The position numbers and the translations under genes are program-made. A model generated the notes under the pieces. The model was not told where the DNA came from. It did not search any database and saw only the letters and a program-made list of their open reading frames with translations. Below, one piece after another: positions 37,533 to 46,895 of a DNA stretch of 64,000 nucleotides; position 1 is the stretch's first letter, and the number at the start of each line of letters is the position of its first letter. This DNA comes from an uncultured bacterium (GTDB taxonomy: Bacteria; Fermentibacterota; Fermentibacteria; Fermentibacterales; JCC-6): contig CAZSKU010000012.1 of assembly GCA_964607515.1 (NCBI GenBank), positions 1,058 through 65,057 of the forward strand, read 5' to 3'.

Positions 37533-38710
37533 GGTTCTATGACAAGGTAAGGGGCGTCTTCCTGGAGCTGCACGACCCTCCCTATGACCGCTGAGGCGGT
37601 ATCCCCCCCCTGGTGAAGACGGTCCAGGGCCTCGCCGGCCTGATCGGGGCGTACGGCAGCCAGAAGACCCCCGGAAGTCTGTGCGTCGAACAGGAGTTTG
37701 ACCAGGTCCGGATCCAGACCCTCGGTCATGGAGACGTTTTCCCCCACGTACTTCCTGTTGTTGCCCGAGCCGCCGGGGAAGAAGTCCCTGGCGAACTTCC
37801 TTCCCCCCGGGAACAGCGGGACGCTGTCGGCGTTGAAGGAAAACCCCACCCCTCCGCTTCGTGCCATTATCAGGGCGTGCCCCAGCAGCCCGAATCCCGT
37901 GATGTCTGTCATGGCGCTGACATCCAGCTCCCTGAGAATCCGGGAAGCGTAAAGGTTCAGCCTCTCCATGGAAGCCACAACCGGACGGAACAGAGAATGG
38001 GGAAGGGCGGAAGCCTTGTTGGCGGTGGTCAGCACACCGGAGCCGAGAGGCTTGGTGATTACCAGAAGGTCTCCCGGACGGGCCATGGAATTCCGAAGGG
38101 CCTTTCCCGGATCTATCACCCCGGTGACGCTGAGGCCGAATACCACCTGATCCTGTTCCATGGTGTGTCCGCCCACCAGGACGACTCCAGCCTCAACCAT
38201 CTTCTCGCAGGCGCCGGACAGGATCTGCTCCACGATATCGGAATCCAGAACATTGCCCGGAAAACACAGGAGGTTCATGGCTGTCAGGGCGTCGCCGCCC
38301 ATGGCCCAGACGTCGGACATGCTGTTGGCGGCGGCGATCCTGCCGAACTCGAGCGGGCTCGGAACTATCGGCTGGAAGAAGTCCACGGTCTGCACCAGTG
38401 CCTTGTCCGGCGTCAGCAGATAGACCCCTGCGTCATCCATGGACTCCATGCCCACGATGAGATTCTGCGACCGGATCCTTGGGAGCCTCTCAAGAATCCC
38501 CGACAACCTGCCGGGGGACATCTTGCCGGCTCAACCGGCGCATGCGGCGTAGTCCATCAGATTGATGGAAGGCTTCGCCATCGCCCCAGCCTTTCCCAGA
38601 ACATCCTTCTCGCAGTACACCTGTTCCCCCAGGAGTTCATGGAACTTCCTGCATGCGACGCAGTCGCCGTGGCGTTCGCACTCCATGGGACAGGGGCAGT
38701 TGATGTTCAT
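37529..38710 (-). CDS. selD: selenide, water dikinase SelD with in-frame UGA (Sec) codon and a Cys-rich N-terminal extension
   Basis: ORF 37529..38521 carries SelD motifs (LVGMESMDDAGVY...GGHTMEQ...MTDITGFGLLGH). In-frame upstream the reading continues MAKPSINLMDYAACAG-TGA(38531..38533)-AGKMSPGRL, so the TGA sits at the position of the catalytic Cys/Sec. The frame stays open to the ATG at 38710 (MNINCPCPMECERHGDCVAC...), preceded by AAAGGGGA. Translation from 38581 is an alternative start. Confidence 0.75.
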
Positions 38711-38737
38711 TCATCCCCTTTCAATCGGGATTACTGT

Positions 38738-38766
38738 ATTATACCAGGCCTGGTGTGCTTCTCCAA
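38738..38766 (-). promoter_or_regulatory. candidate sigma70 promoter for selD (-35 TTGGAG, 17-nt spacer, -10 TATAAT)
   Basis: Read on the minus strand: TTGGAGaagcacaccaggcctggTATAAT. It lies about 25 nt upstream of the 38710 ATG. Confidence 0.4.
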
Positions 38767-38796
38767 TTCCGGGGACGGTCGCGAAAGGGCGGTCAC

Positions 38797-39951
38797 ATGG
38801 TTCACCTGCTCATGCCGGGGGTACTCTGCCTGATGGTTCCGGAAATAGCGTCGGTAACCGATGTTCCCAACGACGCCGGCGAATTGCTGATGGTGGAGGT
38901 GTCGTTTCCCTCAGGGGTCGAGGAGGTCGGCGGTTTCCTCCTCTGGCGCACACCCGCCGACCTGGACGCCTGGGAGCTGGTGATGGTGGAGGCTCTCCCG
39001 CTGGAGTCCAACCTGCTGATGGACGGTTTCGATCCGGACTATCCCCTGGTTCCCGGAACCCGGTACCTGTACCGTCCCGGATTGATCACCCTTCAGGGGG
39101 ACACCCTCCCCGGCCCGGTCTTCACTGGCGCCGAAGCTCCCTCGGGGTCATGGTTCAACACCGGCGAGACGCCCACCCTGGCGGCCTGCCTGATTTTCAT
39201 GGCGCTGATCTTCTACTACTTCCAGAGAGCCCTCAAGGGCGCGGAGTTCTACCTCCGGCCGATCGCCGGCATCGAGGCCATTGACGAAGCCATCGGACGG
39301 GCCACGGAAATGGGCAAGCCCATTCTTTACGTCCCGGGGCTTTCCACCATAGACGACGTGGCAACCATCGCCAGTCTGACCATCCTGGGAAGGGTGGCCA
39401 GGAAGGTGGCGGAGTACCAGACTCCCCTGTGCGTACCCAACACGGACCCCATAGTCTTCACCGTGGCGGAGGAGGCGGTGAAGCAGGCGTACCTGGAGGC
39501 CGGCCGCCCCGACTCCTACGACCCTGACAGCGTGTTCTTCCTGACCCAGAGCCAGTTCGCCTTCGTGGCGGGGGTGAACGGGATCATGATGCGCCAGAAG
39601 CCCGCCACCAACTTCTACCTGGGCATGTTCTGGGCTGAGAGCCTGATTCTTGCCGAGACGGGGTCCCTCTCCGGGGCGATCCAGATAGCCGGCACCGACG
39701 CGGTCACCCAGCTTCCCTTCTTCATCACCACCTGCGACTACACCCTGATCGGCGAGGAACTCTACGCCGCCAGCGCCTACCTGGGGCGGGAGCCCAGGCA
39801 GATGGGGGGTATAAAAAGCCTTGACGCATGCAAGGTCATCATCATGACCCTTATAGTTTTGGGAGTAATCGCATTCCTGGCGGATTTCCTGGCCGGAACG
39901 GATTTCCTTCCGCGGATCAGGGGCTGGATCACCACCCCCGAGGGCTTCTGA
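38797..39951 (+). CDS. uncharacterised membrane protein A2, orphan paralog of A1
   Basis: Same architecture as A1: N-terminal hydrophobic leader, Ig-like domain with DGFDPDYP, a TM helix, a core essentially identical to A1, and a divergent C-terminal TM tail. RBS GCGAAAGGGCGG resembles the A1 RBS GCGAAAGGCGGG. Confidence 0.6.
   Translation: MVHLLMPGVLCLMVPEIASVTDVPNDAGELLMVEVSFPSGVEEVGGFLLWRTPADLDAWELVMVEALPLESNLLMDGFDPDYPLVPGTRYLYRPGLITLQGDTLPGPVFTGAEAPSGSWFNTGETPTLAACLIFMALIFYYFQRALKGAEFYLRPIAGIEAIDEAIGRATEMGKPILYVPGLSTIDDVATIASLTILGRVARKVAEYQTPLCVPNTDPIVFTVAEEAVKQAYLEAGRPDSYDPDSVFFLTQSQFAFVAGVNGIMMRQKPATNFYLGMFWAESLILAETGSLSGAIQIAGTDAVTQLPFFITTCDYTLIGEELYAASAYLGREPRQMGGIKSLDACKVIIMTLIVLGVIAFLADFLAGTDFLPRIRGWITTPEGF
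39258..39784 (+). repeat. near-identical duplicated segment, copy 2 (inside A2)
   Basis: See copy 1 at 29668..30196. Confidence 0.8.
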
Positions 39952-39964
39952 CAAGCGGGCAGAA

Positions 39965-40423
39965 ATGACGATAAGGTTCATGCGGCCCGAAGACCACAGG
40001 CAGCTGGTGGAACTTTGGAGCGGTTCACCGGGCAATGCGGTCACCCGCGCGGATTCGTACGAGGAGTTCTCCGAGTTTCTGGCGAGGAACGGCGAGTTCT
40101 GCTTCACCGCAGTGGACAGGGCAGGAGACGGGATCCTGCATGCTGCCGGGAGCGTCATGGCCGGAAGCGACGGCAGAAGGGGATACGTGTACCATCTGGC
40201 CGTGAGAGAGGATCTTCGGGGAAGAGGGCTGGGAGGCAGGCTCATGCGGAGCGTGGAGGAGGCGCTGAAGCGCTCGGGGCTCGAGAAGATCCACCTCTTC
40301 ATCTACCGCGACAACCCGGCGGTGGCCTTCTACGAGAAAATGGAATGGCATGTGCGCCATGACATTCTGGTGATGAGCCGGGTGCTGGAAGGTCCCGGAC
40401 AGGATCGGAACAAAGGAAGATGA
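39965..40423 (+). CDS. GNAT family N-acetyltransferase
   Basis: YHLAVREDLRGRGLGGRLMRSVEEALK acetyl-CoA-binding motif (R/Q-x-x-G-x-G/A). Confidence 0.8.
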   Translation: MTIRFMRPEDHRQLVELWSGSPGNAVTRADSYEEFSEFLARNGEFCFTAVDRAGDGILHAAGSVMAGSDGRRGYVYHLAVREDLRGRGLGGRLMRSVEEALKRSGLEKIHLFIYRDNPAVAFYEKMEWHVRHDILVMSRVLEGPGQDRNKGR

Positions 40424-40490
40424 TGCCTTCCCTCGGTTGACAAATGCGCGCTCTTGTTATAGCATCACAATTCCAAGGAAGGAGGGTTCC

Positions 40491-41048
40491 GTGAACAAGG
40501 TTTTATTGGTCCTCATGGTCGTCTCTCTGGCCGGTGCCGAGGTTCTCCAGTACGACGACGGCACTCCCGCCCAGCATACCTTCGAAGGGATCTGGCGGGG
40601 AGTGTCCTTCGACGTGCAGGACTTCAACCCCGATGCAACGGGTTTCCTGCTTCAGCAGGTGGAGTACTGGTTCTTCGACTCCGGTTCCCCCGCCTGGGAC
40701 ACGGCCGAGTTCTGGGCCGAGGTTTTCAGCGGCGGGATCGGCGGGCCCGAGGCCATGTACGTGGTTGAGCAGCTTACCGCGGTGCACTACGCCCCGGTAT
40801 ACCTCAACCTGGGTGGCGGAGTGCCCGTACCCCAGGGCTTCTGGTGCGTAGCCAGCAGCCAGCTCAGCACCAACGGTTCGCCCTCATTGATGGGCGACGC
40901 AGCGGCAGGCTCCGGCAGGAGCTTTTACTCCAACGACCTCTCGAACTGGACCCCCTGGGCCGCCGGTGATTACATCATCAGGGCCCACGGGGAGTACTCG
41001 TACTCCCTAGACGCCCGCAGCTGGGCGCAGATCAAGAACCTGCCGTAG
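40491..41048 (+). CDS. secreted hypothetical protein
   Basis: The GTG start is preceded by AAGGAAGGAGGG. Signal peptide VNKVLLVLMVVSLAGA. No family recognised. Confidence 0.5.
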   Translation: MNKVLLVLMVVSLAGAEVLQYDDGTPAQHTFEGIWRGVSFDVQDFNPDATGFLLQQVEYWFFDSGSPAWDTAEFWAEVFSGGIGGPEAMYVVEQLTAVHYAPVYLNLGGGVPVPQGFWCVASSQLSTNGSPSLMGDAAAGSGRSFYSNDLSNWTPWAAGDYIIRAHGEYSYSLDARSWAQIKNLP

Positions 41049-41493
41049 CTTTTGTTTCGTCGCGGGGCTGGATGAGACCCATCTTGTCCAGCCTCGCGAT
41101 GACCGCCTTCTCGGATCGGCCTGTTATCCCCGCCAGGGTCGCGGTGTCGGTGTTCTTCCTGAATTCCTTTTCCAGTTCCATGTCGTCTTCGGGCGACCAT
41201 TTTGAAAAAGCCCTGGGGTGCAGTGCCCTGACCTCATCCACCCCCTCGTCCCCCCGGCGCATCACCAGGTTTTCCACCGCGTCAAAAGCCTCGTTGAGGG
41301 CGTTCCTGAATGCTGTTACACCCTCCTCGAAGAGAATCACCCTGCTCTGGGTGAAGCTGTCGGCTTCGGTGCGCCGGCTTTCCGTTATGGAGATGTAATA
41401 CCTTCCGTTGACAGCCTGCCTGGCGTCCACGAAATAGGTCGTCTTGCCGCAGGCGACCCTGGCCTCATGAATTTTCGCCCTTTCCGGAACCAT
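41032..41493 (-). CDS. PUR-alpha-like nucleic-acid-binding protein (DUF3276 family)
   Basis: KTTYFVDARQAVNGRYYISITESRR...SRVILFEEGVTAFRNAL matches the bacterial PUR repeat. Confidence 0.55.
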   Translation of the reverse strand: MVPERAKIHEARVACGKTTYFVDARQAVNGRYYISITESRRTEADSFTQSRVILFEEGVTAFRNALNEAFDAVENLVMRRGDEGVDEVRALHPRAFSKWSPEDDMELEKEFRKNTDTATLAGITGRSEKAVIARLDKMGLIQPRDETKATAGS

Positions 41494-41588
41494 TTTTCAC
41501 GCCTCCCTTCTTCCGACGATACCTCTCAATCCATGCTACGGCCCGTTCCGGGGAATTTTCAAGGGTATATTTCTTCCCTGGAGGCGCA

Positions 41589-43400
41589 ATGAACCCGTAC
41601 ATGTTTCCCGTCAGCGGCCGTGAGATGAGGGCTCTGGGATGGAACCGGCCGGACGTGCTGCTGGTGACCGGCGATGCCTTCGTCGATCATCCGTCCTTCG
41701 GGGTGGCGGTGATCGCCAGGGTACTCCAGGGGGCCGGTTACCGGGTGGCGGTTCTGGCACAGCCTGATCCCGATGATCCGGGGGTGTTCCTGGAACTGGG
41801 AATTCCCAGGCTGTTCGCGGGGATCACCCCGGGGAACATGGACAGCATGGTGAACCACTACACAAGCCTCAACCGGATCAGGTCCGACGACTCATACACC
41901 CCGGGGGGTCTGCCCGGAAGAAGGCCCGACCGAGCCGAACTGAAGTACGCCAACTCCCTTCAGAGGGTGATGAAGGGGGTTCCCTTGGTGCTGGGGGGGC
42001 TGGGCCCCTCGACCCGGCGGGTGAGCCACTACGACTTCTGGAGTGATCGGGTGCGAAAGAGCGTTCTTCTGGACTCCAAGGCGGATATACTGGTATACGG
42101 TATGGCGGAAAAGACGGTACTGGAAGTGGCCCGCCGGTTGGATTCCGGTGAAAAACTCGCAGGAATCCGGGGAACTTGCTGGTTCGCGTCCAGTGCAGAC
42201 CCCATGCCCGGGGACGTGGAGTTGCCTTCCCACGAGGACGCGGCTTCCTCGCCGGAAGCTTTTCTTCGAATGACCAGGCTTCTGGAGGAGAACCAGAATC
42301 CATGGAACGCCGCCAGACTCCTGCAGCGGTCGGACACAAGAACCCTGGTGGTGGAACCGCCCGCCTTTCCTCTCACCGGCGAGGAACTGGACGCGGTCTA
42401 CGCCCTGCCGTTCACCGGAATGCCCCATCCATCAACCGGCGGAGACATTCCAGCCTGGCGGATGATCCGGCACTCCATAACTGTCGTGAGGGGATGCCCG
42501 GGGGGGTGCACCTTCTGCGCCCTGGGATTCCACCAGGGCAGATTCGTCACCTCGAGGAGCGGAGAATCGGTGCTGAATGAAGCCCGGAGGCTTGTCGACC
42601 AGAACCCCGGCGGTCTGGTGGTCAGCGACCTGGGAGGCCCGACCGCCAACGTGTACGGCCTCGGTTGCGGCAACCCGGAAGCCATGCGGGCGTGCCGGCG
42701 CCCTTCATGCCTGTATCCCGATATTTGCAGGTGGTTCGACACCGACCACTCCCGCTACGTGCGGCTGCTCGGAGAGGTGTCGGATCTGCCCGGGGTGACC
42801 CGGGTGCTGGTGTCCAGCGGTGTGAGACACGACCTGGCACTCCGGGATCCCGCTTTCATGAAAGTCCTGGTGGAGAGGCACGTTCCGGGGCATCTGAAGA
42901 TTGCTCCCGAGCACACCGAGGACGATGTCCTGAAACTGATGCGCAAGCCCGGAGGCGAACTGTGGTCCCGGTTCTGCCGGGAGTTCCGATCCCTGTCCGC
43001 CGCGGCAGGGAAGGAGCAGTACCTGCTTCCCTACATAATAGCGGCCTTTCCTGGATGCACCATGGAACACATGACCCGGTGCCGAGGAAAGCTCGCGGCG
43101 ACCGGCGCCCTGCCCAGGCAGGTGCAGGTTTTTCTTCCCACCCCCATGACCGTGGCGGCGGCCATGTACTGCACCGGGCTCGACTACTTCACCGGGGAAC
43201 CCCTGAGGGTTCCCAGAAGGCCGTCGGAGAAATCGGCCCAGAAGGAGGCTGTGCTGGGGGTCAGTTCCAGCGCAGGGCCGCGAACACCCCGAGGGCGCAG
43301 TGAAAACCGACATCCGAAGCCAGACGGACCCCGATCCCGATCCGCCGGAAACGGATCAGCGAGACAGCCCGGAAAAGCCCCTCCGCTGCGAAAACAGTGA
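41589..43400 (+). CDS. ygiQ: YgiQ-family radical SAM protein (UPF0313)
   Basis: N-terminus GREMRALGWNRPDVLLVTGDAFVDHPSFGVAVIARVL. Radical-SAM cysteine cluster GCPGGCTFCA. Basic low-complexity C-terminal tail. Confidence 0.85.
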   Translation: MNPYMFPVSGREMRALGWNRPDVLLVTGDAFVDHPSFGVAVIARVLQGAGYRVAVLAQPDPDDPGVFLELGIPRLFAGITPGNMDSMVNHYTSLNRIRSDDSYTPGGLPGRRPDRAELKYANSLQRVMKGVPLVLGGLGPSTRRVSHYDFWSDRVRKSVLLDSKADILVYGMAEKTVLEVARRLDSGEKLAGIRGTCWFASSADPMPGDVELPSHEDAASSPEAFLRMTRLLEENQNPWNAARLLQRSDTRTLVVEPPAFPLTGEELDAVYALPFTGMPHPSTGGDIPAWRMIRHSITVVRGCPGGCTFCALGFHQGRFVTSRSGESVLNEARRLVDQNPGGLVVSDLGGPTANVYGLGCGNPEAMRACRRPSCLYPDICRWFDTDHSRYVRLLGEVSDLPGVTRVLVSSGVRHDLALRDPAFMKVLVERHVPGHLKIAPEHTEDDVLKLMRKPGGELWSRFCREFRSLSAAAGKEQYLLPYIIAAFPGCTMEHMTRCRGKLAATGALPRQVQVFLPTPMTVAAAMYCTGLDYFTGEPLRVPRRPSEKSAQKEAVLGVSSSAGPRTPRGRSENRHPKPDGPRSRSAGNGSARQPGKAPPLRKQ

Positions 43401-43635
43401 AGAAAAGCATCGCCCGGGGATTGTTGGGCGGATCCTGAAGTTCTCCGGAGCGCAGCACCGCCGACGCGTCCCTGGTGAGGCCGCAGAGAAGGCAGGGCTG
43501 TCCGGTCAGGGCCAGTTGCCTGCAGACCGTTAGTTCCGGGCACATTCCGGATATGGCCGGCGCCGCCAGGGGCACCAGAAGGCAGTATGCCAGAAGCCCG
43601 GCGACGGTGGCGTTGAAGATCGAGTAGACTCTCAG
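43261..43635 (-). CDS. DUF2752 domain membrane protein (start codon unresolved)
   Basis: TVAGLLAYCLLVPLAAP TM helix, then CPELTVCRQLALTGQPCLLCGLTRD (CPxCGxTRA-like). There is no ATG, GTG or TTG in frame upstream of the TM helix. The start may be non-canonical, or there is a frameshift relative to DUF4190. Confidence 0.45.
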   Translation of the reverse strand: MRVYSIFNATVAGLLAYCLLVPLAAPAISGMCPELTVCRQLALTGQPCLLCGLTRDASAVLRSGELQDPPNNPRAMLFFTVFAAEGLFRAVSLIRFRRIGIGVRLASDVGFHCALGVFAALRWN

Positions 43636-43892
43636 TATTTCAGCAGCCCCGAAGTAAGGTCTCCCGCGGCGAATATCAGCGTGTAACCGGCGATGAACAG
43701 GATCGCCAGTCCGTTCAGGATGATCCCCGCCATGGCGACGCCGGTGGGCTGGTCGTTCTCCCTCTTCCTGTTGTAGCTCACCAGACCCAGCACCAGCCCG
43801 AGTATCGCCGGGGCCAGGGCCAGCCAGCTGCAGCACGGAATGAACCCCAGGATCGCCGAGACCACACCTATGATCAGTGATGCCACGTCCAT
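43632..43892 (-). CDS. DUF4190 small membrane protein
   Basis: MDVASLIIGVVSAILGFIPCC... two TM helices. RBS GAAAGGGGTGGGGA. Confidence 0.65.
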   Translation of the reverse strand: MDVASLIIGVVSAILGFIPCCSWLALAPAILGLVLGLVSYNRKRENDQPTGVAMAGIILNGLAILFIAGYTLIFAAGDLTSGLLKY

Positions 43893-43908
43893 TCCCCACC
43901 CCTTTCCA

Positions 43909-46791
43909 TCAGAGCTTTTCGGTGTTCGGAACTCCGATTTCGACCAGTTTTCTTCTGTCTGCGGCTACGCAGACTACCGCCCCTCGGGATTCCCTCGCCA
44001 CGACTTTCGAGGCCCGTCGAAGGGAATCGGCATCCACCTCCAGAAGCCTTTTCCAGACCTTTCCGTGATACTCCCTGTCCATTCCGGTGAAGAACGAAGC
44101 CGTTGCGGTCAACGGGGCCCGGGCGGGCCTCACCAGGGGATCGACCCTCTGGAGGGTCGAGAACACGGCTCCCCGGACGGTTTTCTCGTCCAGATCCAGA
44201 TGCTTCTCCGGGTCGCCCAGTATTTCAAGCGCGGCCGACATGCTCTCAATCGGCGACGGGTCGCGGTAGGTGCTGAAGGCCAGCAGGCCGGGGCTTGCCC
44301 AGGATGAAACCCCGTAGGCTCCGATTCTCCCACGGATCCTGTTCCACAACGGACCGTTTCCCAGAATGGTCATCAATACCAGAAGGGGTTCGAACAGGGG
44401 GTCGGAGGGCTCCCTTCCCGGAAAGGCTCCGGCCAGGGAGGCGACCTCCGAGTCGGTGATGATCCCCCGGTAGCCCGGCCGTACCGCTCTCGGGAAGGAT
44501 GCCGGTGAGAAGGGACGCCGGGTTCCGGGAAGTCTGTCCAGGAAGCTTGTGACCGTCTGGAGCGCCTCTTCGGGCCCGGTCCAGGCCAGGGCCACCGGGG
44601 CCTCCAGTCTCAGCCGGTCCCATATCTCCATGAGCCTGCGGGAGAGAACCGAGGGTTTTCCGGCGGCGAGCCTGCAGGTAGTCCGGGCCATGGGCATCCC
44701 CTTCAGCAGCCGTACCACCTCCATGCCGTTCCGGAGTTCCGACATGGCCTCGAGCCCGGCGAACCCGCCGGCGCTCTCCACGAACCTGGCCCTGATCCCG
44801 CTCTCCACCTCCCTGCCCAGTTCCGCCACCCGGGCAACATCATCCAGGGCAGGAGAGAGAATCCGGGCTGCCAGCAGGCTCAGAAGTCCGGAAAGGTCGC
44901 CCTCAAGGCACGATACGTTGAAGGATACCACCGGGATTGCCGTTCCCGGGGATGCCAGGGGTTCATAGACCGCAACTCCCGCGGCGATGCCTCCGGAGCA
45001 CGCCGTTTCCCGGCGGGAGACCTCCTGGTAGGACATACCCCCGGCTCCGGTTCCCGTTACGGTCTCCACCGCAAGCTGCGCCAGGGGCATATCGCCGGGG
45101 GAGAGGCCGCCGACTCCCAGGGAGAGGTTAAGATGGCACACCCCGTTGGTGAAACCAGGCACCGTTATCAGATGTACCCCCGGGGCCCTCTCCTCACGGC
45201 TGTACTCGAGGAACGAGGGTTCCCGGGGAATGTCCCTGATGCAAAGCGATGGAAGCGACGCCGCCGCCTCGGGAGTATCGGGGGTTTCCTGGCGGGTCTT
45301 CAGGGATATCGACTGAAGCCTCAGAGATTCCAGACCGCCCGGGTCCAGTCTCTCCCCCTCCCTCTCCGCGGCTTTCTCCCTTCTCCTGCCGAGCCTTCGG
45401 AAATGGGCGGGATCGGGGTAGAAGACCGCGTCCACCCGTCCATCGTTGTCCAGCAGATAGCGCCGGATCATCCCTTCCATGCAGCGGGGATCCCGGTCCA
45501 GCATCGTGTGGAGACGGGCCAGATGGCTCTCCTCTTCCAATTCGTCCAGCGGATTCCTGCCGTGGGTCCAGGCCTTGGCGGCGGCGCCGAGGATACCGTG
45601 GGCCCACCTCTGGCTTATCCGGCGCAGGAGCAGCTCCTTCCTGTGAAGGAAGCCCCTGGTGTCCTCTGGATTCAACCCTTCTGCGCACCGCCTGAGGGTC
45701 TGATCCACCAGTCGGAAGACATCTTCCGATCTCTCCCGCTCCACCCCCCTGAGCCCCGTGGTGAAAGTGGGTCTGGCTATGTCGCAGTCGTAACCGGAGG
45801 GACCGAGACCCGTTCCCAGACCGCTTCCCACCAGGGCGTCCTTAAGGGGGGCGGCGTCGCCCTCCAGAAGCACGTCGTCCAGCAGGGACACGGCCAGCGA
45901 CTCCACGGGGTCATCGCCCCGGTCCATCAGCCATGCTCTGAGCACCGTGCACCCGGCTTTCCTTGAGCCCGGTACCGGAAACTCCCCTCTGACGGGTCCG
46001 ACGAACCCTGGCTCCGTGATAATCTCGGCAGAGGAGGGGGTCGGTTGGAACCCCCGGAGCCTTTCCCCGAGGAACCCGGTCACCTCGTCCCCCGGGATAT
46101 CCGCCATGACCAGGAGACAGCAGTTGCCCGGGTGATAGTGCCTTTCATGGAAATTCACGAAGGCTTCGTAGGTCAGCCCGGGAATCCGGTCCGGTTCTCC
46201 CCCGGAGCAGTGTCCGTAGGTGGTGCCTGGAAAAAGAAGGGCCCTCAACCTTCTTTCCAGGTAGTCGTCGGGATCCGAGTACGCCCCGCGCATTTCGTTG
46301 TAGACAACCCCCATCCTGGCTGTCCGGCCGTCCTCCAGGAAGTCCAGCCGGTGCCCTTCCTGAAGGAAAGAAGACCGTTCCAGAAGGGGGTGGAACACCG
46401 CGTCCATGTAGACGTCAACCAGGTTGAAGAAATCCCTGGTGATGAGACTGGCGCAGGGGTACACCGTCCTGTCGTCGTAGGTCACGGCGTTGATATAGGT
46501 GGCCATGCTGGTCTTCACGAGTTCCATGAAAGGGTCCTTCAACGGGAACCTGGCGGACCCGCACAGAACGCAGTGCTCCAGGATGTGCGGTACTCCGGTG
46601 CTGTCTTCGGGCGGAGTTCTGAAAACCGCGGCGAAAAGTTTCTCGCGGTCTCCCGGGCATCTGAAGAATGCCAGTTCCGCCCCCGAAGGTTCATGGACCG
46701 CCCGGATCGCATCGCTGCGGATGCCGGGCATGAAGCGTCGCTCCAGGAGCCGGAAGCCTCCCGCCAGGCTGATGTCCCTTTCGCTTGTCAT
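43909..46791 (-). CDS. M16C-family zinc peptidase (presequence-protease-like)
   Basis: Inverted zinc motif HILEHCVLCGS (HxxEH) near the N-terminus, plus the ~960-aa four-domain size typical of PreP/M16C. Confidence 0.85.
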   Translation of the reverse strand: MTSERDISLAGGFRLLERRFMPGIRSDAIRAVHEPSGAELAFFRCPGDREKLFAAVFRTPPEDSTGVPHILEHCVLCGSARFPLKDPFMELVKTSMATYINAVTYDDRTVYPCASLITRDFFNLVDVYMDAVFHPLLERSSFLQEGHRLDFLEDGRTARMGVVYNEMRGAYSDPDDYLERRLRALLFPGTTYGHCSGGEPDRIPGLTYEAFVNFHERHYHPGNCCLLVMADIPGDEVTGFLGERLRGFQPTPSSAEIITEPGFVGPVRGEFPVPGSRKAGCTVLRAWLMDRGDDPVESLAVSLLDDVLLEGDAAPLKDALVGSGLGTGLGPSGYDCDIARPTFTTGLRGVERERSEDVFRLVDQTLRRCAEGLNPEDTRGFLHRKELLLRRISQRWAHGILGAAAKAWTHGRNPLDELEEESHLARLHTMLDRDPRCMEGMIRRYLLDNDGRVDAVFYPDPAHFRRLGRRREKAAEREGERLDPGGLESLRLQSISLKTRQETPDTPEAAASLPSLCIRDIPREPSFLEYSREERAPGVHLITVPGFTNGVCHLNLSLGVGGLSPGDMPLAQLAVETVTGTGAGGMSYQEVSRRETACSGGIAAGVAVYEPLASPGTAIPVVSFNVSCLEGDLSGLLSLLAARILSPALDDVARVAELGREVESGIRARFVESAGGFAGLEAMSELRNGMEVVRLLKGMPMARTTCRLAAGKPSVLSRRLMEIWDRLRLEAPVALAWTGPEEALQTVTSFLDRLPGTRRPFSPASFPRAVRPGYRGIITDSEVASLAGAFPGREPSDPLFEPLLVLMTILGNGPLWNRIRGRIGAYGVSSWASPGLLAFSTYRDPSPIESMSAALEILGDPEKHLDLDEKTVRGAVFSTLQRVDPLVRPARAPLTATASFFTGMDREYHGKVWKRLLEVDADSLRRASKVVARESRGAVVCVAADRRKLVEIGVPNTEKL

Positions 46792-46895
46792 GGTGCGGCC
46801 TTTCCGGTTCTATGGCGAACGGTGAATATAGCCCGGGCGCCTTCGGGGTGGATAAGGGGCCCGTCAGGAATTAGATTGGCGCCAGGATCAGCGAA

